A stretch of 38,196 nucleotides of DNA from an uncultured Burkholderiaceae bacterium (GTDB lineage Bacteria > Pseudomonadota > Gammaproteobacteria > Burkholderiales > Burkholderiaceae_B). The translations under genes were made by a program, and so were the position numbers. The notes under the pieces are model-generated. The model saw only the letters and a list, made by a program, of their open reading frames with translations. It was not told where the DNA came from and ran no database searches. Shown here one piece after another: positions 9,723-18,639 of this stretch (positions within the stretch are counted from its first letter, which is position 1; each line of letters starts with the position of its first letter). The stretch lies in contig CAZPYF010000002.1 of the NCBI GenBank assembly GCA_964590015.1, positions 1 to 38,196 of the forward strand, written 5' to 3'.

Positions 9723-11927
9723 ATGAACGGGAACGCATGGCGTCGTCGGTGGCTAACGGAGCCCCTGTACCGGCGGGTGCGCAACAGCGTCTCGCCGTTC
9801 ACGGCGTTTCAGCGTCAAGTTTTGTCGGCAGGCGACGTGTGGTGGGAAGGGCAGTTACTGTCGGGCAGCCCCGACTGGAGCGCGCTCACCTACGTACGCC
9901 CCGCCGTGCTCACCGTGCACGAAAAAGCATTTCTCGAAGGGCCTGTCGCCGCCCTGTGCAGCCACCTCGAACACGCCCGCAATGTTGACCAGAATCCGGC
10001 CGAGCGCCAGTTGTGGCAATTGCTGCGCGAGCATCGCTTTGAAGCCATGGCGGTTCCGGTCGAGCATGGCGGCCATGGGCTCGGCCCGTGGGCGCAGTCG
10101 GAAGTGTTGCGGCGTGTCGCGCTACGGTCAGTATCCACGGCTTACCTGCTTGCGGCGCGTTTTACCTTTGGGCCGGCGCGCCTGCTGAGTCTTGCCGGCA
10201 CCGCCGAGCAGGGCACCGCCTGGCTGCCTCGGATGGCCCAGGGCGACGCGCACGCGGCGGTCGCCTCATTCGTCGTTGAGAATGACATCGTTCCGATTCA
10301 AGCCACCGGCGTGGTTGTGCACGACGCAGGCGGGCAGGCGGTGTTGCGGCTCAACTGGCATGGCGCACGCCATGCGCCGGGGCCGCGCCCCGACCTGCTT
10401 GTCTTGCCGTTTCGTCTGCATGACCCTCGCGGCGTATTGGGCGAAGCAGGCGAACGCGGCGTGTGCGTCGCGCTGGTAGATACCTCGGCGGGCGGCGTCG
10501 CCTATCAGCCGGCGGCGGGCGTAGAGCCCGGGCTTGCCGATACACCCGCTGCGGCCGCCTGGGGCGCGGCCGCCGAAAAGTGGCGCGGGGGCGTCTTCGA
10601 TGGCCATGATGTTCAGGTGCCGGTGGGTTCGCTTCTTGGTGGCACTGAAAACATCGACGAGGGTCTCTCCGCCTTGTTGGCATTCCAGTCAGTGGCTAAA
10701 GGCATTGCCTTGCCGGCCCTCTCGGCGGCGTCTGTATCGCTGGCGGCGCATGCGGCCAGTGCCGTATTGCGCCTGCAGGGCGATGGCTCAGGGTGCGAAA
10801 TGCTGGGCGCGCGCAGCCGCCTCGGCCGGCTGGCGGCTACGGCGTATCGAGTGGAAGCCGGGCGCCGCTTCTTGTGCGCCGGGCTAGGTCTTGGGTACCG
10901 CCCCGTGCTAGCCGCAGCGGCATACGACATCGCCATATTCGAAGATGTCCGTCGCTCGATGGGAGACAGCATGGATGTGCTGGGGAGTGCGGGCCCGACG
11001 CCCGCCCTCACCGAATGGCAGGCCGGTCTGCACGAATTGCTGCCGGCCTTGTTTGGTCTGGACAGCCTGGCGTCGCAAGGCCGCAATACGGGGGTGCTTG
11101 CCCTGGGCATCTTGCGGGTGCATCCGTATCTTGTTCAGGCTCTCGACGCCTTGGAGCTTTCCGATACCGAGGCCGGCCTCGAGGCTTTCGATCGGCTGGC
11201 CTGGAGACACGGCTTGCGGGCTTCGGGCGCCTTCTTCCGGGCACTTGGGGCGGCCTGGACCCACGGTCGCTTTACGCATGTGCCACGGCTGCTCGGCCCT
11301 GTAGCCGGGTACTATCGCCGCGTTAATCGTTATGCGGCCGCGTTGGCCCTGCTGGTCGAGTTGCTCCAGCCGGGCGTGAGGCCGGTTCAGGCTCACACCG
11401 AGCCACGCCTTGAGCGCTTGCTACAAGCGCTGGCGGCGTTGATGTCGTTGTGTGCGGTACTCAAGCGTTGGCATGATGACGGCAGGCATGACGCCGATCT
11501 GCCCCTGGTGCAGTGGTGCGCGTCCGACACCTTCCAAACGGTTGAGCGTCTGCTCGAAGGCATCCTCGAGAATTTAGGTTTCAGAGCAGCCGGGGTGGCG
11601 CTCAAAGGGCTGCTGTTGCCGCCGGGCATGCGGGCGGTGGCGCCTGACGACGCGGTAACCATGGCATGCGCCGAATTGTTGATGGCCCCATCAGACGCCC
11701 GTGAGCGGCTGGTGGGCACTGTGTGGGCCAGCCATGGCCTGCATCATCTGGGTGCGCTGGAGCGCGCGTATGAATGCGTGGTGAATGTGCAGGGCCTGCG
11801 TGAACAGATCAGACAGGCCGGGCTCAAAGACTGGCGCGAAGCGAGGGTGCATGGCGGGCTCACCGATGCCCAGGCGGCCGCACTGGAATCGGCCGAGGCG
11901 GCGGTGATCGCCGCCTTGCGGGGTTGA
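9723..11927 (+). CDS. FadE-type long acyl-CoA dehydrogenase homologue (DUF1974-type C-terminus) with degenerate active-site motifs
   Basis: AGDVWWEGQLLSGSPDW, EKAFLEGPV, REHRFEAM...EHGG, SVAKGIALP and RVHPYL match FadE, but the FAD and catalytic motifs are not conserved. ORF uninterrupted for 734 aa. Confidence 0.8.
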   Translation: MNGNAWRRRWLTEPLYRRVRNSVSPFTAFQRQVLSAGDVWWEGQLLSGSPDWSALTYVRPAVLTVHEKAFLEGPVAALCSHLEHARNVDQNPAERQLWQLLREHRFEAMAVPVEHGGHGLGPWAQSEVLRRVALRSVSTAYLLAARFTFGPARLLSLAGTAEQGTAWLPRMAQGDAHAAVASFVVENDIVPIQATGVVVHDAGGQAVLRLNWHGARHAPGPRPDLLVLPFRLHDPRGVLGEAGERGVCVALVDTSAGGVAYQPAAGVEPGLADTPAAAAWGAAAEKWRGGVFDGHDVQVPVGSLLGGTENIDEGLSALLAFQSVAKGIALPALSAASVSLAAHAASAVLRLQGDGSGCEMLGARSRLGRLAATAYRVEAGRRFLCAGLGLGYRPVLAAAAYDIAIFEDVRRSMGDSMDVLGSAGPTPALTEWQAGLHELLPALFGLDSLASQGRNTGVLALGILRVHPYLVQALDALELSDTEAGLEAFDRLAWRHGLRASGAFFRALGAAWTHGRFTHVPRLLGPVAGYYRRVNRYAAALALLVELLQPGVRPVQAHTEPRLERLLQALAALMSLCAVLKRWHDDGRHDADLPLVQWCASDTFQTVERLLEGILENLGFRAAGVALKGLLLPPGMRAVAPDDAVTMACAELLMAPSDARERLVGTVWASHGLHHLGALERAYECVVNVQGLREQIRQAGLKDWREARVHGGLTDAQAAALESAEAAVIAALRG

Positions 11928-11934
11928 GCGCGGG

Positions 11935-12330
11935 TCAGTCGACGCGTGATTTGCGTTGGATCAGTTCGATCTTGTAGCCGTCGGGGTCTTCCACGAAAGC
12001 GATAACGGTCTGGCCGTGCTTCATGGGGCCCGCTTCACGCGTGACCTTGCCGCCACGAGTCTTGATTGACTCACACGCCTCGTAGGCGTCTTCGACTTCC
12101 AGGGCGATATGGCCGTAACCCGTGCCCAGATCATATGACGAGGTGTCCCAGTTATGGGTGAGCTCGATCACCGCACCTTCATCCTCTTCTTGATAGCCCA
12201 CAAATGCGAGCGTGAACTTCCCTTCCGGGTAGTCCTTGCGGCGAAGAAGATGCATGCCCAGAACGTTGATGTAGAAATCCAGCGATTTTTCGAGGTCGCC
12301 GACACGCAGCATGGTATGCAGGATACGCAT
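11935..12330 (-). CDS. gloA: Lactoylglutathione lyase (glyoxalase I)
   Basis: [65 protein letters not shown] upstream. Confidence 0.96.
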   Translation of the reverse strand: MRILHTMLRVGDLEKSLDFYINVLGMHLLRRKDYPEGKFTLAFVGYQEEDEGAVIELTHNWDTSSYDLGTGYGHIALEVEDAYEACESIKTRGGKVTREAGPMKHGQTVIAFVEDPDGYKIELIQRKSRVD

Positions 12331-12362
12331 GGAATACTCCTATGTAACCGTGGCAGCCGCCG

Positions 12363-13247
12363 TCACAACAGAGGCAGGTTGCCGGGGTGATGAGGTTTCA
12401 GGGCCTGGCGCGCCTGGCTGAAATCAGGGAACAGGCGCCCGACTTCCTTCCAGAAAGCCGGCCCATGGTTCATGTGCCGCAGGTGGGCCACTTCGTGTGC
12501 CACCACGTAATCCACGACATCCGGGGCGAAGTGTATCAGTCGCCAATTCAGCATGATCCGGCCGTCGCTGCTGCAAGAGCCCCAACGGGCCGCCGGAGAG
12601 GCGAGCCGCCACGCGCTAAGCGTGACCCCGGCGAGCTCGCAATAATGGTTCAGGCGAGCCTCGAATAGTTCGCGGGCCTGTTGCTGGAGCCACGTGTGCA
12701 CCCGCTCACGAATGCGATCTGCCGAACTGTCGGCCTGCAGGGGCAGCACCAGGGTATCGCCGTGCGCGGGCTGCAACCGCTGGCCGCTGAATTGGGCCGA
12801 ACCCGCGTCGGGGCGCACGGCGAGTGTCACATAAACGCCCAGGTAAGGGAAGGCCCCGCCGTCACGCCACCGCGCATCTGCGGTGGCCAGGTGATGTTGC
12901 CGTTCCTGCAGGGCCACCAGCTTGCGTAGAATCCACGACGCCTTGGCTCGAACTGCTTCGGCGACTTGTCGATTCGGAACCCAGCGTGGCGCAGTTACCA
13001 TAAGCCCGTCGTCGGTAATGGTGAGGCCGATGGTCTTGCGCCGTGACGTGCGCAGCATGAAGCCGATGATTTGATGGGGCGTTTCGACTTCCTGCCAGCG
13101 GCAGCCTGCAGGCAAGGCGGCAGGGCGCGTGATGGTTACGGCGGATTCGGCCGGCACCAAGGTTTCTACGCGCGCCTGGGATCGCGGCGGTTGTGCCACC
13201 TCGTGTGGGCGCTCATTGAATAACGCGAGCTGCTCAGGCCCCGCCAT
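12363..13247 (-). CDS. YgjP/DUF45 (SprT-like, often labelled M48) zinc metallohydrolase
   Basis: SRRKTIGL...VTAP, RWGSCSSDGRIMLNWRL, DYVVAHEVAHLRHMNHGPAFW (HExxH). GGAG 5 nt upstream of the ATG. Confidence 0.85.
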   Translation of the reverse strand: MAGPEQLALFNERPHEVAQPPRSQARVETLVPAESAVTITRPAALPAGCRWQEVETPHQIIGFMLRTSRRKTIGLTITDDGLMVTAPRWVPNRQVAEAVRAKASWILRKLVALQERQHHLATADARWRDGGAFPYLGVYVTLAVRPDAGSAQFSGQRLQPAHGDTLVLPLQADSSADRIRERVHTWLQQQARELFEARLNHYCELAGVTLSAWRLASPAARWGSCSSDGRIMLNWRLIHFAPDVVDYVVAHEVAHLRHMNHGPAFWKEVGRLFPDFSQARQALKPHHPGNLPLL

Positions 13248-13962
13248 AGCGCTCCGGATTCAGCACACGCATTTCGGCTTCGATCCATGCCTGTACTTTC
13301 GCGTTGATTTCCGCTGCAGTGAGCCCTTCGGTCGGAATGGGCGGGCCGATCGACACCGTAATAGTGCCCTTCTTCTTCAGAAATGCTTTGCGTGGCCAGA
13401 ATTCGCCCGCGTTGAGCGCAACAGGAATCACCGGGGCACGGGTCGCCTCGGCCAGCAAGGCACCGCCCATCTTGTAGCGGCCAGTGACGCCGGGTGCCAT
13501 GCGGGTGCCCTCAGGAAAGAGTAGGGGCCAGCGGCCTTCTTGCAGGCGGGCGCGGCCTTCGCGGATCACCTGTTCGAAGGCGTCGCGCCCCCTTGCGCGA
13601 TCGATGGGAATCATGCGCAGCAAGGCCAGCCCCCATCCGAAGAAGGGAATGCGGTGCAGTTCCCGCTTGTAGACGAAGCACACGTCACGAGGCAGATATC
13701 CGGCGAAGAACATCGTTTCCCAGGCCGATTGGTGCTTCGACAGCACGATGGCCGGGGTGTCGGGCAAGTTTTCCCAGCCTTTGGTCTGCCAGCCCAAACC
13801 GAGGATGACTTTCGCACCCCAGACGGCCAAACGCGGCCAGCCTACCGTCAGGCGGTAGCGCAACGGTAGGGGAAGCGGCATCCAGATGAGGCAAGCGATC
13901 GCGTACGGAATGACCGTAACGATCAGGAATGTCTGGTAGATCACTGCACGGAGCCAAGCCAT
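13234..13962 (-). CDS. plsC: 1-acyl-sn-glycerol-3-phosphate acyltransferase
   Basis: SKHQSAWET (HX4D/E motif), KRELHRIPFFGW, IDR, FPEGTR, PVIPVA. Start MAWLR at 13962, 2 nt after the gmhB stop. Confidence 0.88.
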   Translation of the reverse strand: MAWLRAVIYQTFLIVTVIPYAIACLIWMPLPLPLRYRLTVGWPRLAVWGAKVILGLGWQTKGWENLPDTPAIVLSKHQSAWETMFFAGYLPRDVCFVYKRELHRIPFFGWGLALLRMIPIDRARGRDAFEQVIREGRARLQEGRWPLLFPEGTRMAPGVTGRYKMGGALLAEATRAPVIPVALNAGEFWPRKAFLKKKGTITVSIGPPIPTEGLTAAEINAKVQAWIEAEMRVLNPERYGGA

Positions 13963-13964
13963 GG

Positions 13965-14504
13965 TCAATCCTCGAGTAGCCATTCGTCGACGATGGCGGA
14001 TAGGCTGTCGCGAACTTGGGTGCCGGGCGGCAACCCTCCCGCTTCCAGCGTGCGAAGGCCCTTGCCTGTTCGAACGAGCCATGGCGAGCAACCTACGGCC
14101 GTGGCGGCCTCAAGGTCGCGTAACGAATCACCGACGGCGGGAACGCCCCGTAGCGATGTCTCGTAGCGGCGCGCGATGTCATCGAAAAGCCCGGGAGCCG
14201 GCTTGCGGCATCGACAGCCGTCTTCGGGGCCATGCGGGCAGACGAAAATGGCGTCAAGCTGGCCACCGGCCTGGGCGAGTTCACGTCGCATGCGGGTGTG
14301 AATGGCGTTGAGCGTGTCCATGGAGAACAGCCCGCGCGCCAGACCCGACTGATTGGTGGCGACCACTACGCGCCATCCTGCCCGAGACAGGCGGGCGATG
14401 GCGTCGAGACTGCCTTCGACGGGTTTCCATTCGTCGGGCGTTTTGATGAAGGCGTCGCTGTCTTCGTTGATGACGCCGTCGCGATCGAGGATGGCCAGCT
14501 TCAC
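13965..14504 (-). CDS. gmhB: D-glycero-D-manno-heptose 1,7-bisphosphate phosphatase
   Basis: LDRDGVIN, ATNQSGLARG, CPHGPEDGCRCRKPAPG zinc motif, VGDSLRD. Conserved glyQS-gmhB-plsC order. Confidence 0.93.
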   Translation of the reverse strand: MKLAILDRDGVINEDSDAFIKTPDEWKPVEGSLDAIARLSRAGWRVVVATNQSGLARGLFSMDTLNAIHTRMRRELAQAGGQLDAIFVCPHGPEDGCRCRKPAPGLFDDIARRYETSLRGVPAVGDSLRDLEAATAVGCSPWLVRTGKGLRTLEAGGLPPGTQVRDSLSAIVDEWLLED

Positions 14505-16642
14505 TGCGCAAGCCTTGAGATGTCGGCCACCTCGTTCATGCTTCGATGCAGCTTACTCAGCAAGGCGAGACGGTTGCGCCGGACATCGGGGTCGTCGGCC
14601 ATCACCATCACATCGTTGAAGAAGTCGTCGACGGCCGCTCTTGAGCCGGCAAGGGTGGCGAGCGAGCCGCTGAAGTCACCCGCGTCGAACTGCTGCCGTG
14701 CGCGGGGCGCCAACTCGGCAATCTTCGCGGCCAGTGCTTTCTCTGCCGCTTCGGTGTAGCGCGCCGGATCGACCTCACCGATATCGGTTTCGGCCTTTTT
14801 GAGCAGGTTGGTAATGCGCTTGTTGGCGGCCGCCAGGCTGGCGGCCTCGGGCCGTTCGGCAAACGCGGCGCAGGCGTCGATTCGGCTCAACACCTGATGC
14901 AGCGGAGGGGCCAATGACAACACGGCCTCGACAACGCTACGGTCGTAGCTGCCTAACTGGTTGCGATAGCGTTCGTAGACGAATGCGGAAACCTGCGCGG
15001 GTGTGTCGGCGGCCAGGGTACCGGCTTCAAACGTCGAGGCCGTGTAGGCGAGCAAGGCGTCAAGCCGTAGCGTTTCGTGGTCGGTGATGGCCAGTTGGCC
15101 GCCGGCGGCCAACTGTTCGTACGCGCTGATGAGCCCCAGGGCCGCGCGGCGCAGACCGTACGGGTCGCGCTCGCCGGTGGGCACAAGGCCAATGCCCCAT
15201 ATGCCCACCAGCACTTCCACACGCTCGGCCATGAACAGCACCGCGGCGGTGAGCGTGGGCGGCGTGACCGGCGCGTCAATACGGATGCGGTATTGCTTGC
15301 GAATGGCTTCAACCACTTCCGGCGGCTCGCCGTCACCCTCTGCGTAATAGGCACCCATGATGCCTTGCAGTTCGGGGAACTCGCCCACCATGTTCGAATT
15401 CAGGTCGGCTTTCGCCAGCAGGGCGGCGCGAGAGGCCGGGTTCGGGTCAACGCCCAACTGGCTGGCAATATGCCGGGCGATCTTCCGTATACGTTCGACA
15501 CGTTGCAGCACCGAACCCAACTTGTTGTGATACACGCTGGTAGAAAGCTGCAGCACGCGGTCGGCAAGCGGCATGCGCCGGTCTGTTTCAAAGAAGAACT
15601 GCGCATCGGCCAGGCGAGGGCGCACGACGCGCTGATTGCCTTCGACAATGTTCGTGGCGTCGGCCACGCGCATGTTGCTCACGATGAGGAAGCGGTGCGT
15701 AAGGCGCCCCGAGCCCGGTTCGAACAAGGGGAAGTACTTCTGGTTCAGACGCATCGTAAGAATCAGGCATTCCGGCGGCACGCTGAGGAACGCTTCGTCG
15801 AATTCGCCCACATAGACGGTGGGGTGTTCGACCAGCGCGGTCACCTCATCGAGCAGCGCCTCCACTTCCGGGTCATCGCCGATGCTCGCGCCCAGCGTGG
15901 CGGACTGCTGCTGAAGCTGTCGCAGGATGTCGGCGCGGCGAGCCTCGAAGCTTGCCACCACACTGCCGGCCTCAAGCAGATGCCCTTCGTAGTTCTCGGC
16001 TGAGTCGATTTCAAGTTCGCCTTGCGACATGAATCGGTGGCCTTCTGTACTGCGGCCGGCCGTCAGGCCCAGCGCCTCGACCGGCACCACGTCATTCCCC
16101 CACAGCGCTATCAACCGGTGCGCGGGCCGTACGAACCGTACGCTGCTGACGCCGTCGGCGAGCTGGTAGCGCATGACCTTGGGAATGGGCAGGTGTGTAA
16201 TGGCGTGGTCGAGTGCTTTCTGAAGGCCGGCATGGAGCGTTTCGCCGGCGGCGACGCCACGTGCGTACAAGTAGTCTTGCTTGCCGTCGGACTCCATGAT
16301 GAGGTCGTCGACGCCCAAGTGACTCAGGCCCTTGGCTTGCAGCTTCTTCTGCAAGGCCGGGGTCATCTGCCGATCGTCGGTCAGACCCACTTTGGCCGGC
16401 ATGAGTTTTTCGGTGTAGTGCTGCTCGGGCGCTTGGCCCAGCACGGCGTCGAACAGGGCGGCCAGGCGCCGAGGGGTAGCGAGCGGCCGAACGGTGCAGC
16501 GCTCGGCCAGAAGATGGTGCTGTTCCAGTGTTTGACGCAGGCCTTCTGCGAACGCCTGCCCCAGTCGTTGCAGCGCCTTCGGCGGCAGCTCTTCAGTAAA
16601 CAGTTCGATCAGTAGCGGGCGGGTTTGCGGCTGAGTGGTCAT
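14501..16642 (-). CDS. glyS: Glycine--tRNA ligase beta subunit
   Basis: [53 protein letters not shown]-like [40 protein letters not shown]. Confidence 0.96.
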   Translation of the reverse strand: MTTQPQTRPLLIELFTEELPPKALQRLGQAFAEGLRQTLEQHHLLAERCTVRPLATPRRLAALFDAVLGQAPEQHYTEKLMPAKVGLTDDRQMTPALQKKLQAKGLSHLGVDDLIMESDGKQDYLYARGVAAGETLHAGLQKALDHAITHLPIPKVMRYQLADGVSSVRFVRPAHRLIALWGNDVVPVEALGLTAGRSTEGHRFMSQGELEIDSAENYEGHLLEAGSVVASFEARRADILRQLQQQSATLGASIGDDPEVEALLDEVTALVEHPTVYVGEFDEAFLSVPPECLILTMRLNQKYFPLFEPGSGRLTHRFLIVSNMRVADATNIVEGNQRVVRPRLADAQFFFETDRRMPLADRVLQLSTSVYHNKLGSVLQRVERIRKIARHIASQLGVDPNPASRAALLAKADLNSNMVGEFPELQGIMGAYYAEGDGEPPEVVEAIRKQYRIRIDAPVTPPTLTAAVLFMAERVEVLVGIWGIGLVPTGERDPYGLRRAALGLISAYEQLAAGGQLAITDHETLRLDALLAYTASTFEAGTLAADTPAQVSAFVYERYRNQLGSYDRSVVEAVLSLAPPLHQVLSRIDACAAFAERPEAASLAAANKRITNLLKKAETDIGEVDPARYTEAAEKALAAKIAELAPRARQQFDAGDFSGSLATLAGSRAAVDDFFNDVMVMADDPDVRRNRLALLSKLHRSMNEVADISRLAQ

Positions 16643-17550
16643 TGCGTGACCTCCAGAGCCGAGCGGTTTGCCAACATGGGGAATCCTAGTTTCTCGCGGG
16701 AATCGTAATAGGCCTGCGCGACGGACCGGGACAAGTTGCGGATGCGGCCGATATAGGCGGCGCGTTCGGTCACGCTGATCGCTCCCCGGGCGTCGAGCAG
16801 ATTAAAGGTATGTGCCGCCTTGAGCGTGGCTTCATAGGCGGGCAGCGCCAGCGGCACGCCGATTAGGCGTTGGGCCTCGGCTTCATAGTCGCTGAAGTGC
16901 CTGAACAGCATCTCGGTGGAAGCGTGTTCAAAGTTATAGGTCGACTGCTCGACCTCGTTCTGATGGAACACGTCGCCATAGAGAATGGGGGTGCCATCGG
17001 CGCCGTAGGTCCAGACCAGGTCGTAGACGCTTTCCACGCCTTGCAGATACATGGCCAGGCGCTCGAGCCCGTACGTGATCTCGCCGGTGGCAGGGTAGCA
17101 ATCCAGCCCGCCGACTTGTTGGAAGTAGGTGAATTGCGTGACTTCCATCCCGTTGAGCCAGACTTCCCAGCCCAGACCCCAGGCCCCCAGCGTGGGATTC
17201 TCCCAGTCGTCCTCCACGAAACGAATGTCGTGTTCCTGGGGGTTGATACCCAGGGCCACCAGCGACTCGATGTAAAGCTCGATGATCTCGGGCGGTGCCG
17301 GCTTCAACACAACTTGGTATTGGTAATAGTGTTGGAGTCGATTCGGGTTCTGGCCATAACGCCCATCTTTTGGCCGGCGCGACGGTTGTACGTAGGCTGC
17401 TCGCCAAGGCTCCGGCCCTATGGAACGCAGGAAGGTTGCCGTATGCGAAGTGCCCGCGCCCACCTCCATGTCGTAAGGCTGAAGCAGCGTGCAGCCCTTG
17501 GTGTCCCAGTATTGTTGAAGTTTAAGGATGATCTGCTGAAAGGTGAGCAT
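16639..17550 (-). CDS. glyQ: Glycine--tRNA ligase alpha subunit
   Basis: [74 protein letters not shown]. Confidence 0.98.
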   Translation of the reverse strand: MLTFQQIILKLQQYWDTKGCTLLQPYDMEVGAGTSHTATFLRSIGPEPWRAAYVQPSRRPKDGRYGQNPNRLQHYYQYQVVLKPAPPEIIELYIESLVALGINPQEHDIRFVEDDWENPTLGAWGLGWEVWLNGMEVTQFTYFQQVGGLDCYPATGEITYGLERLAMYLQGVESVYDLVWTYGADGTPILYGDVFHQNEVEQSTYNFEHASTEMLFRHFSDYEAEAQRLIGVPLALPAYEATLKAAHTFNLLDARGAISVTERAAYIGRIRNLSRSVAQAYYDSREKLGFPMLANRSALEVTQ

Positions 17551-17709
17551 GTACGTATGGCCGATGAAGGCGTGGATGGCCGCAAAAGTCTTCGATTTTA
17601 GCGGTTTCCCGTTAATGGCGACTCCTACGCAAGGCCGAGCGGCGACGGCACGCGCTCAACTGCGGCGTACGGCAACGCGAGTGTGGGCCTGAAGCACCGG
17701 GGGAATGGT

Positions 17710-17722
17710 CGTATGATATACG
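17710..17722. promoter_or_regulatory. Palindrome CGTAT-GAT-ATACG overlapping a TATGAT -10 box upstream of the crotonase; candidate operator
   Basis: 5-bp perfect inverted repeat around a -10-like hexamer (17712-17717) in the glyQ/crotonase divergent spacer. Confidence 0.35.
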
Positions 17723-17776
17723 GTTGTCTGCGAACCGTTGTGCGGCCGGCGCGCCGCCCCATCGAAGGAAGTCTTC

Positions 17777-18544
17777 ATGTCAGAACTGGTGAAAGTCGAA
17801 ATTGTCGAGCGAGTTCAGATCATCACGATCAACCGCCCTCAGGCCCGTAACGCGATCAACTATGAAGCCGCGCAAGATCTTGCTGCAGCGCTTGAACGCC
17901 TCGACTCCGACGATAACGTGGTGATTGGTGTGCTCACCGGAGCGGCCAATACTTTTTGTTCGGGCATGGATCTGAAGGCGTTTGCGGCGTCGGGCCAGCG
18001 GCCTTATGCCGGCAAGCGCGGCTTTGCGGGCATCTGCGAGCAGCCGCCCCGCAAGCCGCTGATCGCCGCCGTGGAAGGCTACGCTCTGGCAGGGGGCTGT
18101 GAAGTGGCGCTGGCGTGCGACCTTATCGTTGCCGCCGAGAATGCCACGTTCGGGCTGCCCGAAGTGAAGCGTGGTCTGGTACCCGGTTCGGGCGGCATGT
18201 TGCGTTTGCCGGCCCGTATTCCGTATCACATCGCCATGGAAGCGGTGCTCACCGGCGACATGGTTCCGGCAGAGCGGTTCCATCATTACGGGTTGGTGAA
18301 TCGGCTGGTTGAACCCGGCAAGGCACTAGAGGCCGCGCTCGACTTGGCGCGCCAGATCGCCGAGAACGGGCCGCTGGCTGTGCAGACTGCGAAGCAGATC
18401 ATTGCGGAATCCCGAAACTGGCGCCCGGCTGACATGTTCGACATGCAACGCCCCCGTATCGAGCACATCTTCACCTCTGAAGACGCTCGGGAAGGCGCGA
18501 CAGCGTTTGCTGAGAAGCGCAAGCCGGTCTGGTCAGGCAAATAA
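17777..18544 (+). CDS. Enoyl-CoA hydratase/isomerase (crotonase family)
   Basis: ITINRPQARNAI, FCSGMDLK, KPLIAAVEGYALAGGCEVALACD, FGLPEVKRG (both catalytic Glu present), EGATAFAEKRKP. SD AAGGA before ATG 17777. Confidence 0.9.
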   Translation: MSELVKVEIVERVQIITINRPQARNAINYEAAQDLAAALERLDSDDNVVIGVLTGAANTFCSGMDLKAFAASGQRPYAGKRGFAGICEQPPRKPLIAAVEGYALAGGCEVALACDLIVAAENATFGLPEVKRGLVPGSGGMLRLPARIPYHIAMEAVLTGDMVPAERFHHYGLVNRLVEPGKALEAALDLARQIAENGPLAVQTAKQIIAESRNWRPADMFDMQRPRIEHIFTSEDAREGATAFAEKRKPVWSGK

Positions 18545-18639
18545 ACGCGCCCGGCCGAAATGCGCTGCGGGCGATTGAACGCCCATCCCCTCATTCTGGG
18601 CGGTTCCCGTCCTTTCACTCAACTTCCTGCGATTGCATC

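Noticed and set aside
17551-17700. T-box or glycine riboswitch upstream of glyQ
   Set aside because: No T-box or glycine aptamer consensus is visible. A TAAAAT -10 box (minus strand, 17600-17595) leaves only a short leader.
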